A DNA stretch of 64,000 nucleotides from Patescibacteria group bacterium (GTDB lineage Bacteria; Patescibacteriota; Minisyncoccia; Phycocordibacterales; Phycocordibacteraceae). How positions within the stretch are numbered: position 1 is the first letter of the stretch; each line of letters starts with the position of its first letter. Below the pieces are notes generated by a model that searched no databases, was not told where the DNA came from, and saw only the letters and a list, made by a program, of their open reading frames with translations. A program made the translations under genes and the position numbers. Below, in pieces: positions 9,858 to 19,359 of the stretch. Where the stretch lies: contig JAGWYL010000001.1 in the NCBI GenBank assembly GCA_018969385.1, positions 2,677 to 66,676 on the forward strand, in the 5' to 3' direction.

Positions 9858-10895
9858 TTAGGCGATTATCTTCCCGTCCTCAAGGAGCGTCTTCCCGCGA
9901 AGCACCACCTTCATGGGTTTGCCGTAGAGTTCCCAGCCCGTAAACGGCGACCAGCCGCACTTGCTCTCGTAGCCGTCCTTGCCTGCCGTGTACGGCGCGT
10001 CCGGATCAAGTTCGACATACGTGTCCGGCTGCTCGGGAATGTTGAAAATCTTTCTCGGGAGCGTATGCATGGCCTCCACGACGCGTTCCTCCGTGATGCT
10101 TCCGTCCGCGACCGCCTTCAGCATGAGGCCGAGCGAGGTCTCAAGCCCGGGCACGCCGAAAGCCGGCGGGTCTTTCTCTTTCTCCTCTTTCGTGTGCGGC
10201 GCGTGGTCCGTCTCCACGATGTCCACGGTCCCGTCGACGAGCCCCGCCCAGAGCGCCGCCTGGTCTTCGAGCGTGCCGAGAGGCGGCTTCATGGTGGCAT
10301 AGCCTTTCTTCTCTTCGCGATCCTTCTCCGTCATGAAGAGGTGGTGCGGACAGACGCCGGCGGTGACGCTTCGTCCCGCGGCCTTCGCCTTGCGGACAGC
10401 TTCCACTTCGGACGCCTGCGTGATGTGGCATACGTGGAGACGCTGTCCGTGCTTATCCGCGAGCGCGATGGCCATGTCGAGCTGCGGCCCTTCCGCGTGC
10501 ACGAGGATGGGTTTCCCTGGCGGCCATGCGGCGAACACCGTCTCAAGGAGCTTCGGGTCCTCGATGAGCATCTCCCCGGTCGTATGGTTGCAGTAGAGCT
10601 TCAGGCCGAACACTTCCGGCCGCGATGCCGCTTCAGCGAACGTATCCGCGTTCTTGCCGTTCGTGCCGTAGTGGAACCCGATGTCGCAGATGGCTTTCTT
10701 CGCAAGCGCGACCTTCTCGTCGAGCCGCTCGATGGATACGGTCGGCGTCGGATTGTTCGGCATGTCGATGACGAAGGTCACGCCGCCCGCGATGGCCGCG
10801 CGCGAACCCGTATAGAAATCTTCCTTCTGCGTCGCGCCCGGTTCGCGAAGATGCACATGCACGTCTATGAATCCCGGGAATCGTTTGGTAGCCAT
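9858..10895 (-). CDS. pyrC: Dihydroorotase
   Basis: DVHVHLREPG, DMPNN, VHAE, TDHAPH, GVPGLE; start MATKRFPG. Confidence 0.93.
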   Translation of the reverse strand: MATKRFPGFIDVHVHLREPGATQKEDFYTGSRAAIAGGVTFVIDMPNNPTPTVSIERLDEKVALAKKAICDIGFHYGTNGKNADTFAEAASRPEVFGLKLYCNHTTGEMLIEDPKLLETVFAAWPPGKPILVHAEGPQLDMAIALADKHGQRLHVCHITQASEVEAVRKAKAAGRSVTAGVCPHHLFMTEKDREEKKGYATMKPPLGTLEDQAALWAGLVDGTVDIVETDHAPHTKEEKEKDPPAFGVPGLETSLGLMLKAVADGSITEERVVEAMHTLPRKIFNIPEQPDTYVELDPDAPYTAGKDGYESKCGWSPFTGWELYGKPMKVVLRGKTLLEDGKIIA

Positions 10896-10965
10896 TGGGC
10901 AGTATTGTAGCAGACACAGCAAGGGCTCGCCGAAGCGAGCCCTTGATACTTCTTTTTTCCGCACC

Positions 10966-11478
10966 CTATCGTGCGGGACGCGGAGGAAACAGGAACGTCA
11001 GGATGCGCTGCGCCCCCGGCGTGCCGTAATCGACGAAGCGGAACTCCTTCCCGAACCTGCACACGTTCTGCGGCAGGAAGAGGTCTTCCGTATCGATACC
11101 ATCCGGCGGTTCGGTGAACGGACAGTACTCTCCGTCCGCAAGCGGTTCGCCGCGCGGCATGACGAGGATGAGTCCGCCGAGATACGTGCGCATCACCGGC
11201 GCGATAGGCAGTTCCGGATGCGCGGCGTAGAGCTCGCGTTCGCGACGATTCGCGCCGAAGCCGTCCACCCAGAGCCTCACCGCATAGCGCCAGACGCCTT
11301 CCACCGCGTGCATCCTTCCGTCCATCGTCAGTTTGCGCATCAAGAGCCCTCTTCCGCCCTCATGCTGCGTGCGCAAGGGGATGGCGATGATGCGGAGTAG
11401 CCCGATGACGCGCGGAATCTTTATCGCCTTATGTTTCGTAAGAACAACGTAACGCGTATACCCTGCGGAGACCTTCAT
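10966..11478 (-). CDS. Hypothetical protein, possible minimal kinase-like fold
   Basis: SD GGAGGAG before ATG; GYTRYVV..AIKIP, helix NRRERELY, DL..QN, VDYG resemble protein-kinase-like motifs. Confidence 0.55.
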   Translation of the reverse strand: MKVSAGYTRYVVLTKHKAIKIPRVIGLLRIIAIPLRTQHEGGRGLLMRKLTMDGRMHAVEGVWRYAVRLWVDGFGANRRERELYAAHPELPIAPVMRTYLGGLILVMPRGEPLADGEYCPFTEPPDGIDTEDLFLPQNVCRFGKEFRFVDYGTPGAQRILTFLFPPRPAR

Positions 11479-11580
11479 CGGACTCCTCCCTGTCTAGGTT
11501 ACGTGGTCAAAATGATACTACTATATCCAGTGTTGTCAAATCACCGGAAGCGCCGCTTCGCAGGATGCTACTCTGTAGCG

Positions 11581-12243
11581 ATGCGCCGCAGACATCGGTA
11601 CCTTCTCTACTGCCTCCTATCCCTCTTCGCGTTCGCGCTCATCGCGCTCGCGGTCGAGTTCGCGCCGGCCGTACGCGCCTTTGACGCTTCTGCCGTCGCC
11701 GCGCTTGCGGCGGCGCGCACGTATCCGGGAGTCTCGCTCATGCTCTTCTTCACCGAGCTCGGTTCCGCGGTTCCCGTCACGCTTATCGTCGCCGCCATCG
11801 GCATCGTCCTTCTCGCGCGCAAGCGGGAAGCGCCCTTGACGGCGTTTTCCATCACGCTCCTCGGCGCGCTCTCTTCCTACCTCGTCGCGAAGGATGTCTT
11901 CGCGCTCGCGCGGCCGGACGTATTCTTCCGCGCGATAGCCGTCACGGGCTATACGTTCCCGAGCGGCCACGCGACGATGGCCGCCGCGCTCTACGGGTCG
12001 CTCGCGCTCTCGCTCTCTCACGCGCTCGAGATCGCGCGCGGGGCGGAACATACGCGCGCGCTGCGCGTCTGCATAGCCGTCGCGTGCGCGCTCGTCGCGC
12101 TCATGATCGGCATAAGCCGCGTATACCTCGGCGTGCACTTCCCTTCGGATGTCATCGCGGGGTTCGCGCTCGGCCTCGCGTGGCTCTACTTCGGAAATTA
12201 CGCGGCGCTCCATCATCCGCACCTGAAGCGCCTTAACGCATGA
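11581..12243 (+). CDS. PAP2 family membrane phosphatase (undecaprenyl pyrophosphate phosphatase-like)
   Basis: K..F...RP, FPSGHA, SRVYLGVHFPSDV. Confidence 0.92.
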   Translation: MRRRHRYLLYCLLSLFAFALIALAVEFAPAVRAFDASAVAALAAARTYPGVSLMLFFTELGSAVPVTLIVAAIGIVLLARKREAPLTAFSITLLGALSSYLVAKDVFALARPDVFFRAIAVTGYTFPSGHATMAAALYGSLALSLSHALEIARGAEHTRALRVCIAVACALVALMIGISRVYLGVHFPSDVIAGFALGLAWLYFGNYAALHHPHLKRLNA

Positions 12244-12857
12244 GCCTCTTCAACCTTGACCTTCCCGCACTCGTCGAGGCGCTCGGCGTCGCCGGCGTCG
12301 CGCTCGTCGTCTTCCTCGAATCCGGCATACCGTTCGGCTTCTTCTTTCCGGGCGACTCGCTCCTCTTCACCGCGGGCCTCATCGCGTCGAAAGGATTCCT
12401 CGACATGCCCGCGCTCCTCATCGCGCTTCCCGTAGCCGCGATACTCGGCGACAGCGCGGGCTACTGGCTCGGCGCCGTCGCAGGCCGTTCGCTTATGGAG
12501 CGCCCGCGCTTCTTCGTCCGTCCGAGCCATATCGAGCGCACGCGCCTCTTCTTCGAACGGCACGGCACGCGCGCGGTGATACTCGCGCGCTTCGTGCCCA
12601 TCGTGCGCACGTTCACGCCGCTTCTCGCGGGCGCGGGTTCCATGCGCTACCCGCTCTTCCTGCGCTTCAACGTCATCGGCGGCGTCCTCTGGACCGTCCT
12701 TGTCACGAGCGCGGGCTACACGCTCGGTTCCGTCATCCCGGGAAGCGAAAAGCTGCTTCTGCCGCTCTCCGCGGCTGTCATCCTCATCTCCTTCATTCCG
12801 ATACTGGCCGAGCTTTGGCGAAACGGTAGCGGTACTCGTGGAAAGCGAGGAGAATGA
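12240..12857 (+). CDS. DedA/VTT family membrane protein
   Basis: ESG..GFFFPGDSLLF, GD..GY, ARFVPIVRTF. Confidence 0.93.
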   Translation: MSLFNLDLPALVEALGVAGVALVVFLESGIPFGFFFPGDSLLFTAGLIASKGFLDMPALLIALPVAAILGDSAGYWLGAVAGRSLMERPRFFVRPSHIERTRLFFERHGTRAVILARFVPIVRTFTPLLAGAGSMRYPLFLRFNVIGGVLWTVLVTSAGYTLGSVIPGSEKLLLPLSAAVILISFIPILAELWRNGSGTRGKRGE

Positions 12858-13296
12858 CGATGACGTCGAAGAATGAGATGACGAGGAGCCACGGCGAGTG
12901 GCCGAGCGAATAGCGGTACATCTGGTAGACGACGAGGAGCGACATCACGCCGATGAAGGCGGGGTACGCGAGCCGGTGGCCGGAGAGCACGCCCGCGATG
13001 AGCGCGAGCTTTATGATGCCGTGCGAGATGAGATACACCGCGGCGAAGTCCGCGCCGGAGACGGACACGGACTGCGCCGCGGCATGGATGGTTCCCGCGA
13101 TGATGTCGTGCGGGTCTTCGTTGAGCTCGCTGTCCGTGAGCGAGATGATGGTGGCGAGTATCGCCTGCGTATTGACGAACAGGAGGAGCAGCCCGCCTAT
13201 GAACTCAAGCGAGGAGTCCACAGCCTTTATGAAAAGCGAGATGAGGAAGAAGTCCCAGATGCCCTGTTCCCTGAACTTGAAGAAAGGCACGCGCAT
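12793..13296 (-). CDS. DUF2127-like membrane protein
   Basis: KAVDSSLEFIGG, YLISHGIIKL, AYP..YQMYR pattern; four TM segments. Confidence 0.75.
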   Translation of the reverse strand: MRVPFFKFREQGIWDFFLISLFIKAVDSSLEFIGGLLLLFVNTQAILATIISLTDSELNEDPHDIIAGTIHAAAQSVSVSGADFAAVYLISHGIIKLALIAGVLSGHRLAYPAFIGVMSLLVVYQMYRYSLGHSPWLLVISFFDVIVILLAFHEYRYRFAKARPVSE

Positions 13297-13306
13297 AGGT
13301 CGGACG

Positions 13307-13645
13307 CTAGGTTTCGCGGATCCAGAAGCCGAACAGGAGGTTCACGAGCGACAGCACGACGGAGAACAGGAGCGCCGTCCAGAATCCCGCCACGAAGAAT
13401 CCGGGCACGAGCGCGCTCGCGAGCATGACCAAGAGCGCATTGATGACGAGCGAGAACAGCCCGAGCGTCGCCACCGTCACCGGAAGCGTGAGGATGAGCA
13501 GCACCGGCTTCACGAAGAGGTTCAGGACCCCGAGCACTGCCGCCGCGAGGAACGCGCCGATGAGCGTCACATGCGTTCCGGGCACCACGGCCGCGGCGAC
13601 GGCGATGGCGAGAGCAGCGACTATCCACTGGAGAAACAGCCTCAT
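13307..13645 (-). CDS. Phage holin family 4-TM protein (YvlD-like)
   Basis: LNLFVKPVLLILTLPVTVATLGLFSLVINAL signature. Confidence 0.88.
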   Translation of the reverse strand: MRLFLQWIVAALAIAVAAAVVPGTHVTLIGAFLAAAVLGVLNLFVKPVLLILTLPVTVATLGLFSLVINALLVMLASALVPGFFVAGFWTALLFSVVLSLVNLLFGFWIRET

Positions 13646-13713
13646 TGGGTCAGCATACCACGGCGCCCGCGCTGCGGGCGCCGTGGTATGCTTTATGGAA
13701 CGCGTCCGTCCTC

Positions 13714-14421
13714 ATGGAAATCTCACTGGTTATCCCGGCGTATAACGAAGAGGACTATATCGCCGACTGCATCAAGAGCGCGCTCGCGTTCGACGGCTTC
13801 AAGGAAATCATCGTCGTCGACAACGCATCCACGGACCGTACGGCGGATATCGCGCGCGGTTTCCCGGGCGTTTCCGTCGTGCGCGAGGAGAACAGGGGCA
13901 CCGGATTCGCCCGCGACCGCGGATTCCGCGAATCGAGCGGCGACCTCGTCGCGTTCGTGGACGCCGATACGCGCGTGCGGGCGCGCTGGCGCGCGCAGGT
14001 CATTTCCGCGTTCGTCCGCGATCCGAACCTCGTCTGCCTCACGGGCCCGTACTGGTTCTATGACCTCCCTTTCATCACGGCGCAGCTCCTGAATCTCAAC
14101 TGGCGGCTCGCATACATCGGGAACCTCTTCACCGGCCCTCTCGTGGTCGGGGGAAACATGGTGCTGCGCCGGGAGACGCTCGAAAAGATGGGTGGCTTCA
14201 ACACGTCCATCGTCTTCTACGGTGACGACATAGACATATCCCGCCGTGCGGCGAGATTCGGCCGCGTGCGCTTCACCTTCGCCATCATGATTGACTCGTC
14301 CGGACGTCGCTACCGGGTCTCCGGCGTCCTGCGCACCCTCGCGCTCTATATCAGGAATGCGGTAGTCGGCGCATTCCACGAACATCCGGAATACACCGGC
14401 GGGTACGAGGATATCCGCTAG
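13714..14421 (+). CDS. Glycosyltransferase family 2 (paralog 1)
   Basis: VIPAYNEE, VVDNASTD, FVDAD, GDD. Confidence 0.92.
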   Translation: MEISLVIPAYNEEDYIADCIKSALAFDGFKEIIVVDNASTDRTADIARGFPGVSVVREENRGTGFARDRGFRESSGDLVAFVDADTRVRARWRAQVISAFVRDPNLVCLTGPYWFYDLPFITAQLLNLNWRLAYIGNLFTGPLVVGGNMVLRRETLEKMGGFNTSIVFYGDDIDISRRAARFGRVRFTFAIMIDSSGRRYRVSGVLRTLALYIRNAVVGAFHEHPEYTGGYEDIR

Positions 14422-14455
14422 GGGCTCCGAAGAAGTGGTATCGTAGGCGTATCGC

Positions 14456-15169
14456 ATGGAAATCTCACTCGTCATTCCCGCATATAACGAGGAGAAGTGG
14501 GTGGGACAAGCGCTCGCGAGCGTGTTCAAGAACGCGCCTCATAGGTTCAAGGAAATCATCGTCGTCGACAACGCATCCACGGACCGTACGGCGGATATCG
14601 CGCGAGGTTTCCCGGGCGTTTCTGTCGTACGCGAGGACAATAAGGGAACGAGCTTCGCGCGTCTTAGGGGGGCGCTCGCTACGACGTCGGAGGTCATCGC
14701 CTTCATGGACGCGGACGAACGCATGCGCCCCGGATGGTACGAGATGATAGCGCGCTCCTTCACGAAGGACCCGAACCTCGCCGTGCTTTCGGGGCCGTAC
14801 CACTACTACGGCATCCCCGCATGGCAGGACATCATCATCCGCATCGACTGGCTCCTTGCCGCCCCTATCAACTGGCTCACCCACACCGGCGTCGTGGGCG
14901 GCAATTTCGCCATACGGCGGACCATCTTCGACAAGATGCACGGCTTCAACACGACGCTCGTCTTCTTCGGCGACGACGTCGATATCGGACGGCGCGCGCG
15001 CAATTTCGGCCGCGTCCGCTTCTCGTTCCGGTTCATCATCGACGCGTCATCCCGCCGCTTCCGCGGCGCAGGACTCCTCTACACGCTCTGGCTCTACGCG
15101 CGCAACCTCCTCGAGGGCGCGTTCGCAGCGCACCCGAACTACACGAAAACGCACCGGGACTTCCGCTGA
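14456..15169 (+). CDS. Glycosyltransferase family 2 (paralog 2)
   Basis: Same motifs as paralog 1, colinear tandem copy. Confidence 0.92.
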   Translation: MEISLVIPAYNEEKWVGQALASVFKNAPHRFKEIIVVDNASTDRTADIARGFPGVSVVREDNKGTSFARLRGALATTSEVIAFMDADERMRPGWYEMIARSFTKDPNLAVLSGPYHYYGIPAWQDIIIRIDWLLAAPINWLTHTGVVGGNFAIRRTIFDKMHGFNTTLVFFGDDVDIGRRARNFGRVRFSFRFIIDASSRRFRGAGLLYTLWLYARNLLEGAFAAHPNYTKTHRDFR

Positions 15170-15191
15170 CGGCCGCGGCACGGAGCGCGCC

Positions 15192-15791
15192 TCACCACTC
15201 CTTTTTCGCAAGACGCTTCAGCCCGTACCGCATGAAGAGGATGGCGGCGACGAGCGCGACCGCGAGCGACACGAGACGCAGCGACGCGGGAATGTAATCC
15301 GTGAGATTGCCGAAGTAGAAGCCGATGGCGATGGGCATGATGGCCCAGAGCAGTTCCCCTGAAACGTTGATGGCGAGATAGCGGAAGAACGGCACGCGCA
15401 TCATGCCCGCGACCGCCAAGGTGGCGATGGCGATGCCGAAGCCCATGGTGAGCTTGTTGATGATAAGTATGCGCGCGTGATACTTGAGGAAGCGTTCCTC
15501 AAGCCGCGCGATGAGCTCCTCCGTGAGTCCGAAGTAATGGCCGAACCGCAGGAGGAACGGGCGCGCGCCGATGCGGCCTATCCAATACCAGCCGATGTCG
15601 CCGACGATGTCGGCGCTGACGATGGTCGCGTAGGCGAGCCAGAAGTCGAGCTGGCCCGCATGGATGAGATAGCCGGCGGCTATCATCACGACCGGACTCC
15701 CGAACAGCGTCGAAACGAAGAGGAGGCCGTACCGGGACGCCTCGACGAATGCGACGAGGCCCGTTATGAGCGGGTACATGCCCGCTATCAT
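15192..15791 (-). CDS. DedA/VTT family membrane protein (second, divergent)
   Basis: AGYL..G, GD..WYWIGR, AG...VPF.R pattern. Confidence 0.8.
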   Translation of the reverse strand: MIAGMYPLITGLVAFVEASRYGLLFVSTLFGSPVVMIAAGYLIHAGQLDFWLAYATIVSADIVGDIGWYWIGRIGARPFLLRFGHYFGLTEELIARLEERFLKYHARILIINKLTMGFGIAIATLAVAGMMRVPFFRYLAINVSGELLWAIMPIAIGFYFGNLTDYIPASLRLVSLAVALVAAILFMRYGLKRLAKKEW

Positions 15792-15835
15792 AGCAGAAAA
15801 TCGGGTTCCGGCGACGCCGTCTGGGGAGAAAGCGG

Positions 15836-16561
15836 CTATCCCGTAAGCGCGACGACCGCGTAGAGGACTGCGGCCCCGAGGATGGTCATGAGCGTCGTCG
15901 CGACGCGCGGATGGCGGTGATGGCTTTCCGGTATGAGGTCGCTCGCGGAAAGATAGAGGAAGAAGCCCGCGAAGACGGCGAGCACGATGCCGAGCCAGCG
16001 TTCGGGTATCGCGAACAGGAGCGTCGAGGCGGCGCCCATGACGGGCGCGAGCGCGTCCACGAAGAGCCAGCGAAATGCTCGAGCGCGCGCTCCCCCGTTC
16101 TTGAGGACGACATTCACCGTATTGATGCCGTCGGAAAAATCGTGCGTCAGCACCGCCGCGGTGATGACGATGCCGACGGCGAGCGATGCCTGGAAGCCGA
16201 CGCCGATGGCGACGCCATCGAGAAAGCTGTGAATGGACAGCGTGGCCGCCCCGAGGAACCCGCGGTGGACGTTTCCGGCGCCCGCCTCATCGTCCTCATC
16301 GTGCGTATGGAGGAGGATGAGGCGGTCGAGCAGGAGATAGAACAGGAACCCCGCGGCAAGCGCGAGCGTCAGCATGCGCGGTGCGAAGTACGGCGCGGAC
16401 AGCGCCATGGATTCAGGCAGGAGGTCGAAGAGCGCGACGCCGACGACCGCGCCCGCGGAGAATCCGAGGATGAGATGCAGCTTGTCGCGGAACCGTATGG
16501 CGAACGAACCGCCTATATAGGTGGCGACGAATGCGGCGCAGGCGACGAGGATGACCGTCAT
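15836..16561 (-). CDS. ZIP family divalent metal (zinc) transporter
   Basis: His/Asp loop HTHDEDD, HSFLDG, HDFSDG, SDLIPESH. Confidence 0.9.
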   Translation of the reverse strand: MTVILVACAAFVATYIGGSFAIRFRDKLHLILGFSAGAVVGVALFDLLPESMALSAPYFAPRMLTLALAAGFLFYLLLDRLILLHTHDEDDEAGAGNVHRGFLGAATLSIHSFLDGVAIGVGFQASLAVGIVITAAVLTHDFSDGINTVNVVLKNGGARARAFRWLFVDALAPVMGAASTLLFAIPERWLGIVLAVFAGFFLYLSASDLIPESHHRHPRVATTLMTILGAAVLYAVVALTG

Positions 16562-16573
16562 GGATCTTGCGGA

Positions 16574-17005
16574 TCAGGCGCACGCCTTGCAGAGGCCGAA
16601 GAATTCGAGCGTATGCGAACGGACGGACGCGAAGCGCCTCGCGCTCCTCAGTGCGCCGCGCTCAAGCTGCGCGTCCGGTACGTCGACATCCTCGAAGGCG
16701 CCGCACACTTCGCAGACCAGATGATGGTGATGCTCGCGCGGATTCACGTATTCATAGTGCGCATGCTGGTGCTTCAGGTCCACCTTCCGTACCAGGCCGG
16801 CTTTCTCGAACGCAGCGAGCGCGCGGTATACATTCACGCGGTTCAGGCGGCGGCGCATGAGCCGCGCCAGTTCCGCGGGACTCATGGGCTTATCCGCTTC
16901 AACCAACGCCCGGAGCAGCGCCGCACGGCCGAGGGTCGCGCGGCCGCCGGCACCGCGCTGAATCGCGGCAAACGGAAGGTCGCCCGACATCCGTACCGTG
17001 CTCAT
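16574..17005 (-). CDS. Fur family regulator, likely Zur
   Basis: VYRAL, HHHHLVCEVCG, GLCKAC; AGGAGG 8 nt before ATG 17005; directly upstream of the ZIP gene. Confidence 0.88.
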   Translation of the reverse strand: MSTVRMSGDLPFAAIQRGAGGRATLGRAALLRALVEADKPMSPAELARLMRRRLNRVNVYRALAAFEKAGLVRKVDLKHQHAHYEYVNPREHHHHLVCEVCGAFEDVDVPDAQLERGALRSARRFASVRSHTLEFFGLCKACA

Positions 17006-17050
17006 AGCGATTGCCTCCTGTCCCGCCTTTTCATCCGGGTATCCTATCCT

Positions 17051-17072
17051 AAACGCAACTTTGTTGCAATAA
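17051..17072. promoter_or_regulatory. Palindromic operator, candidate Zur/Fur box
   Basis: GCAAC-TTT-GTTGC (17055-17067) in an AT-rich context just upstream of the Fur-family gene. Confidence 0.6.
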
Positions 17073-17179
17073 GGATTTGGCGGGAAGGCACGGGAAATGA
17101 TGCGCGGCATGCGAGCAGTACCTGGCAGCGGCGCGGACGCATCTGTTACTATGGGGCCACTATCCCTCACCCGCCGCGC

Positions 17180-18715
17180 ATGACCGAAACGCCGAAGCTT
17201 CTCATCATCGACCTCGGGAGCCAGTACACGCTCGTCATCGAACGCACGCTGCGCGAGCTCGGCTACCGTTCGGTCGTCCTCTCCCCCAAACGGGCGGACG
17301 AGTGGCTCGCCTCGGGACGCGATGTGCGGGGCATCATCCTTTCCGGCGGGAACAAGAGCGTCTATGACGCGGACGCTCCCGCGCTTCCGCGCGAGCTGTT
17401 CGCGCTCGGCGTCCCGCTCCTCGGCATCTGCTACGGCATGCAATGGCTCGCGCATGCGAAAGGCGGGACGGTCCGGCCCGCGCGCGGCAAGCGCGAATAC
17501 GGCGACACGAGCATCACGGTCCTTTCCGCACAGGGCCCGCTCGCGAAGACGCCCGCGAAGCAGCCGGTGTGGGCAAGCCACGGGGATTCCGTGACGAAGC
17601 TTCCGAAAGGATTCTCGGTGCTCGCGAAGACGAAGGACGGCGCGAATGCCGCCATGTGGAACGGACGCGATGACGCGCATGCGGTCTGGGGCCTCCAGTT
17701 CCACCCTGAAGTGACGCACACGAAGTACGGCAAGACGATGCTCAAGAACTTCATTGCCGCCACCCGCCTAAGCCGGGACTGGAAGCCGGAGGACCTCATC
17801 TCCTCGATTCAGGCGGACATCGTCCGTGAGGTAGGCGCGAAGAAAGTCATCTTCGGCATGTCGGGCGGCGTGGATTCCACCACGCTCGGCGCAGCGCTCG
17901 CGCCGGTCCTAAGGAAGCGGCTCCTCGGCATCGCCATAGACGGCGGGAACCTGCGCGAGAATGAGTTGGCGGAAATCAAGAGACACGCGAAAGCGGCCGG
18001 GGTCACGCTCAAGGTCATAGACGCGCGGGAAGAGTTCCTGCGCGCGCTCGGTAAGACCATCAACGCTGAAGAGAAGCGCGCCGCATTCAAGCGCGTCTAC
18101 ACGTCCATCTTCATCCGCGAGGCGAAGAAGTTCGGCGCGTCCTACGTGCTTCAGGGAACGCTCGCGCCGGACCTCATAGAGTCCGGCGCCACCGGCGGCG
18201 CGGTCATAAAGTCGCACCATAACGTCGGCCTCACGATGGACGGGCTCATCCAGCTCCATCCGTTCGGTTCCCTCTTCAAGTACGAAGTGCGCGCGCTCGC
18301 GAAGCGCCTCGAGCTTCCGGAGACGGTCTTCAAGCGCGAGCCGTTTCCGGGACCCGGGCTCTTCGTCCGCGTCGTCGGCACGCCGGTAACCGCGCAAGCG
18401 CTCGAAGTCGTCCGCTTCGCGGACGCGCGCGTCCGCGAGATATTCAAGCGGCATCCGGAGCTTGCGGATGTCGCGCAGACCGTGGTCGCGTACCTCGGCG
18501 TCCATACGGTCGGGGTCAAGGGCGACGCCCGCGTCTACGGCGGCGCCATCGCGGTACGCGCGATACGCACCCTCGACTTCATGACCGCATCCGGCGTCCA
18601 TCTTTCGGAACAGGCGGAGAATGAGATTCAGCAATCGCTCATCCAGCACGAGTCCATCGTGCGCGTATTCTTCGACCCCACGGACAAGCCGCCCGGCACT
18701 ACGGAGTTCGAATGA
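17180..18715 (+). CDS. guaA: GMP synthase (glutamine-hydrolysing)
   Basis: DLGSQY, GICYGMQ, QFHPEV, SGGVDS, IKSHHN, PFPGPGL, KPPGTTEFE. Confidence 0.96.
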   Translation: MTETPKLLIIDLGSQYTLVIERTLRELGYRSVVLSPKRADEWLASGRDVRGIILSGGNKSVYDADAPALPRELFALGVPLLGICYGMQWLAHAKGGTVRPARGKREYGDTSITVLSAQGPLAKTPAKQPVWASHGDSVTKLPKGFSVLAKTKDGANAAMWNGRDDAHAVWGLQFHPEVTHTKYGKTMLKNFIAATRLSRDWKPEDLISSIQADIVREVGAKKVIFGMSGGVDSTTLGAALAPVLRKRLLGIAIDGGNLRENELAEIKRHAKAAGVTLKVIDAREEFLRALGKTINAEEKRAAFKRVYTSIFIREAKKFGASYVLQGTLAPDLIESGATGGAVIKSHHNVGLTMDGLIQLHPFGSLFKYEVRALAKRLELPETVFKREPFPGPGLFVRVVGTPVTAQALEVVRFADARVREIFKRHPELADVAQTVVAYLGVHTVGVKGDARVYGGAIAVRAIRTLDFMTASGVHLSEQAENEIQQSLIQHESIVRVFFDPTDKPPGTTEFE

Positions 18716-18742
18716 CCTGATGCCGATGCTGATGCCGCTTTT

Positions 18743-18797
18743 GCGTCGGGCATATTCTTATCCGCGGCCGACCGGACGATGATAAGAATATGGACGC
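18743..18797. terminator. Long hairpin between convergent guaA and def
   Basis: CATATTCTTATC / GATAAGAATATG perfect 12-bp inverted repeat extended by GCGTC/GACGC; no U-tract. Confidence 0.5.
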
Positions 18798-18825
18798 GGA
18801 GGCAGCGCGGCGGACGGTGGGCCGC

Positions 18826-19356
18826 CTAGAGCTTCAAGATGCGCTTCTTGTATTCACGCGTGGTCATGAGGTGGCGCATGTCCGGCATGCGGTCCACGTA
18901 GACCGTGCCGTCAAGGTGGTCTATCTCGTGCTGAAAGATGCGAGCCCAGAGGCCGGACGCCTTTTCCGTTCTTTTCTTTCCGGACGTATCCGTGTACGCC
19001 ACGATGATATCCTTCGCGCGCGGAACGAGCCCGCGGATGCCGCGGCAGGATAAGCAGCCTTCCCAATCGTTCTTCCGCTCCTTCGAGTATGAAATGATGC
19101 GCGGGTTCACCAGGGTGAGCGGCCCCTTCTTCCTTCCGCCTTTCTTCGCGGGATGGAGCTCCATGACGGCGATGCGTACGGGAAGTCCTATCTGCGGCGC
19201 CGCGAGTCCCACGCCGTCCGCGCTTCGCATCGTGCGCAGCATCGCCTTCTCGAGCGCCTTGAACTGCGGCGTTTTGAGGAAAGCCTGCGTGACGCTCCGC
19301 GCTTTCATGCGCAGTACCGGATTCCCGAATTCCGTGCGCGACAGCGTCTTGGCCAT
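18826..19356 (-). CDS. def: Peptide deformylase
   Basis: GVGLAAPQIG, EGCLS, QHEIDHL. Confidence 0.97.
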   Translation of the reverse strand: MAKTLSRTEFGNPVLRMKARSVTQAFLKTPQFKALEKAMLRTMRSADGVGLAAPQIGLPVRIAVMELHPAKKGGRKKGPLTLVNPRIISYSKERKNDWEGCLSCRGIRGLVPRAKDIIVAYTDTSGKKRTEKASGLWARIFQHEIDHLDGTVYVDRMPDMRHLMTTREYKKRILKL

Positions 19357-19359
19357 AGG

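Noticed and set aside
13307-13645. Holin-family gene as evidence of a prophage
   Set aside because: This family is commonly chromosomal and no phage genes are adjacent.
15911-17179. Apparent long N-terminal extension on guaA, and on the Fur ORF to 17719
   Set aside because: The extensions overlap real opposite-strand genes; true starts are 17180 and 17005.
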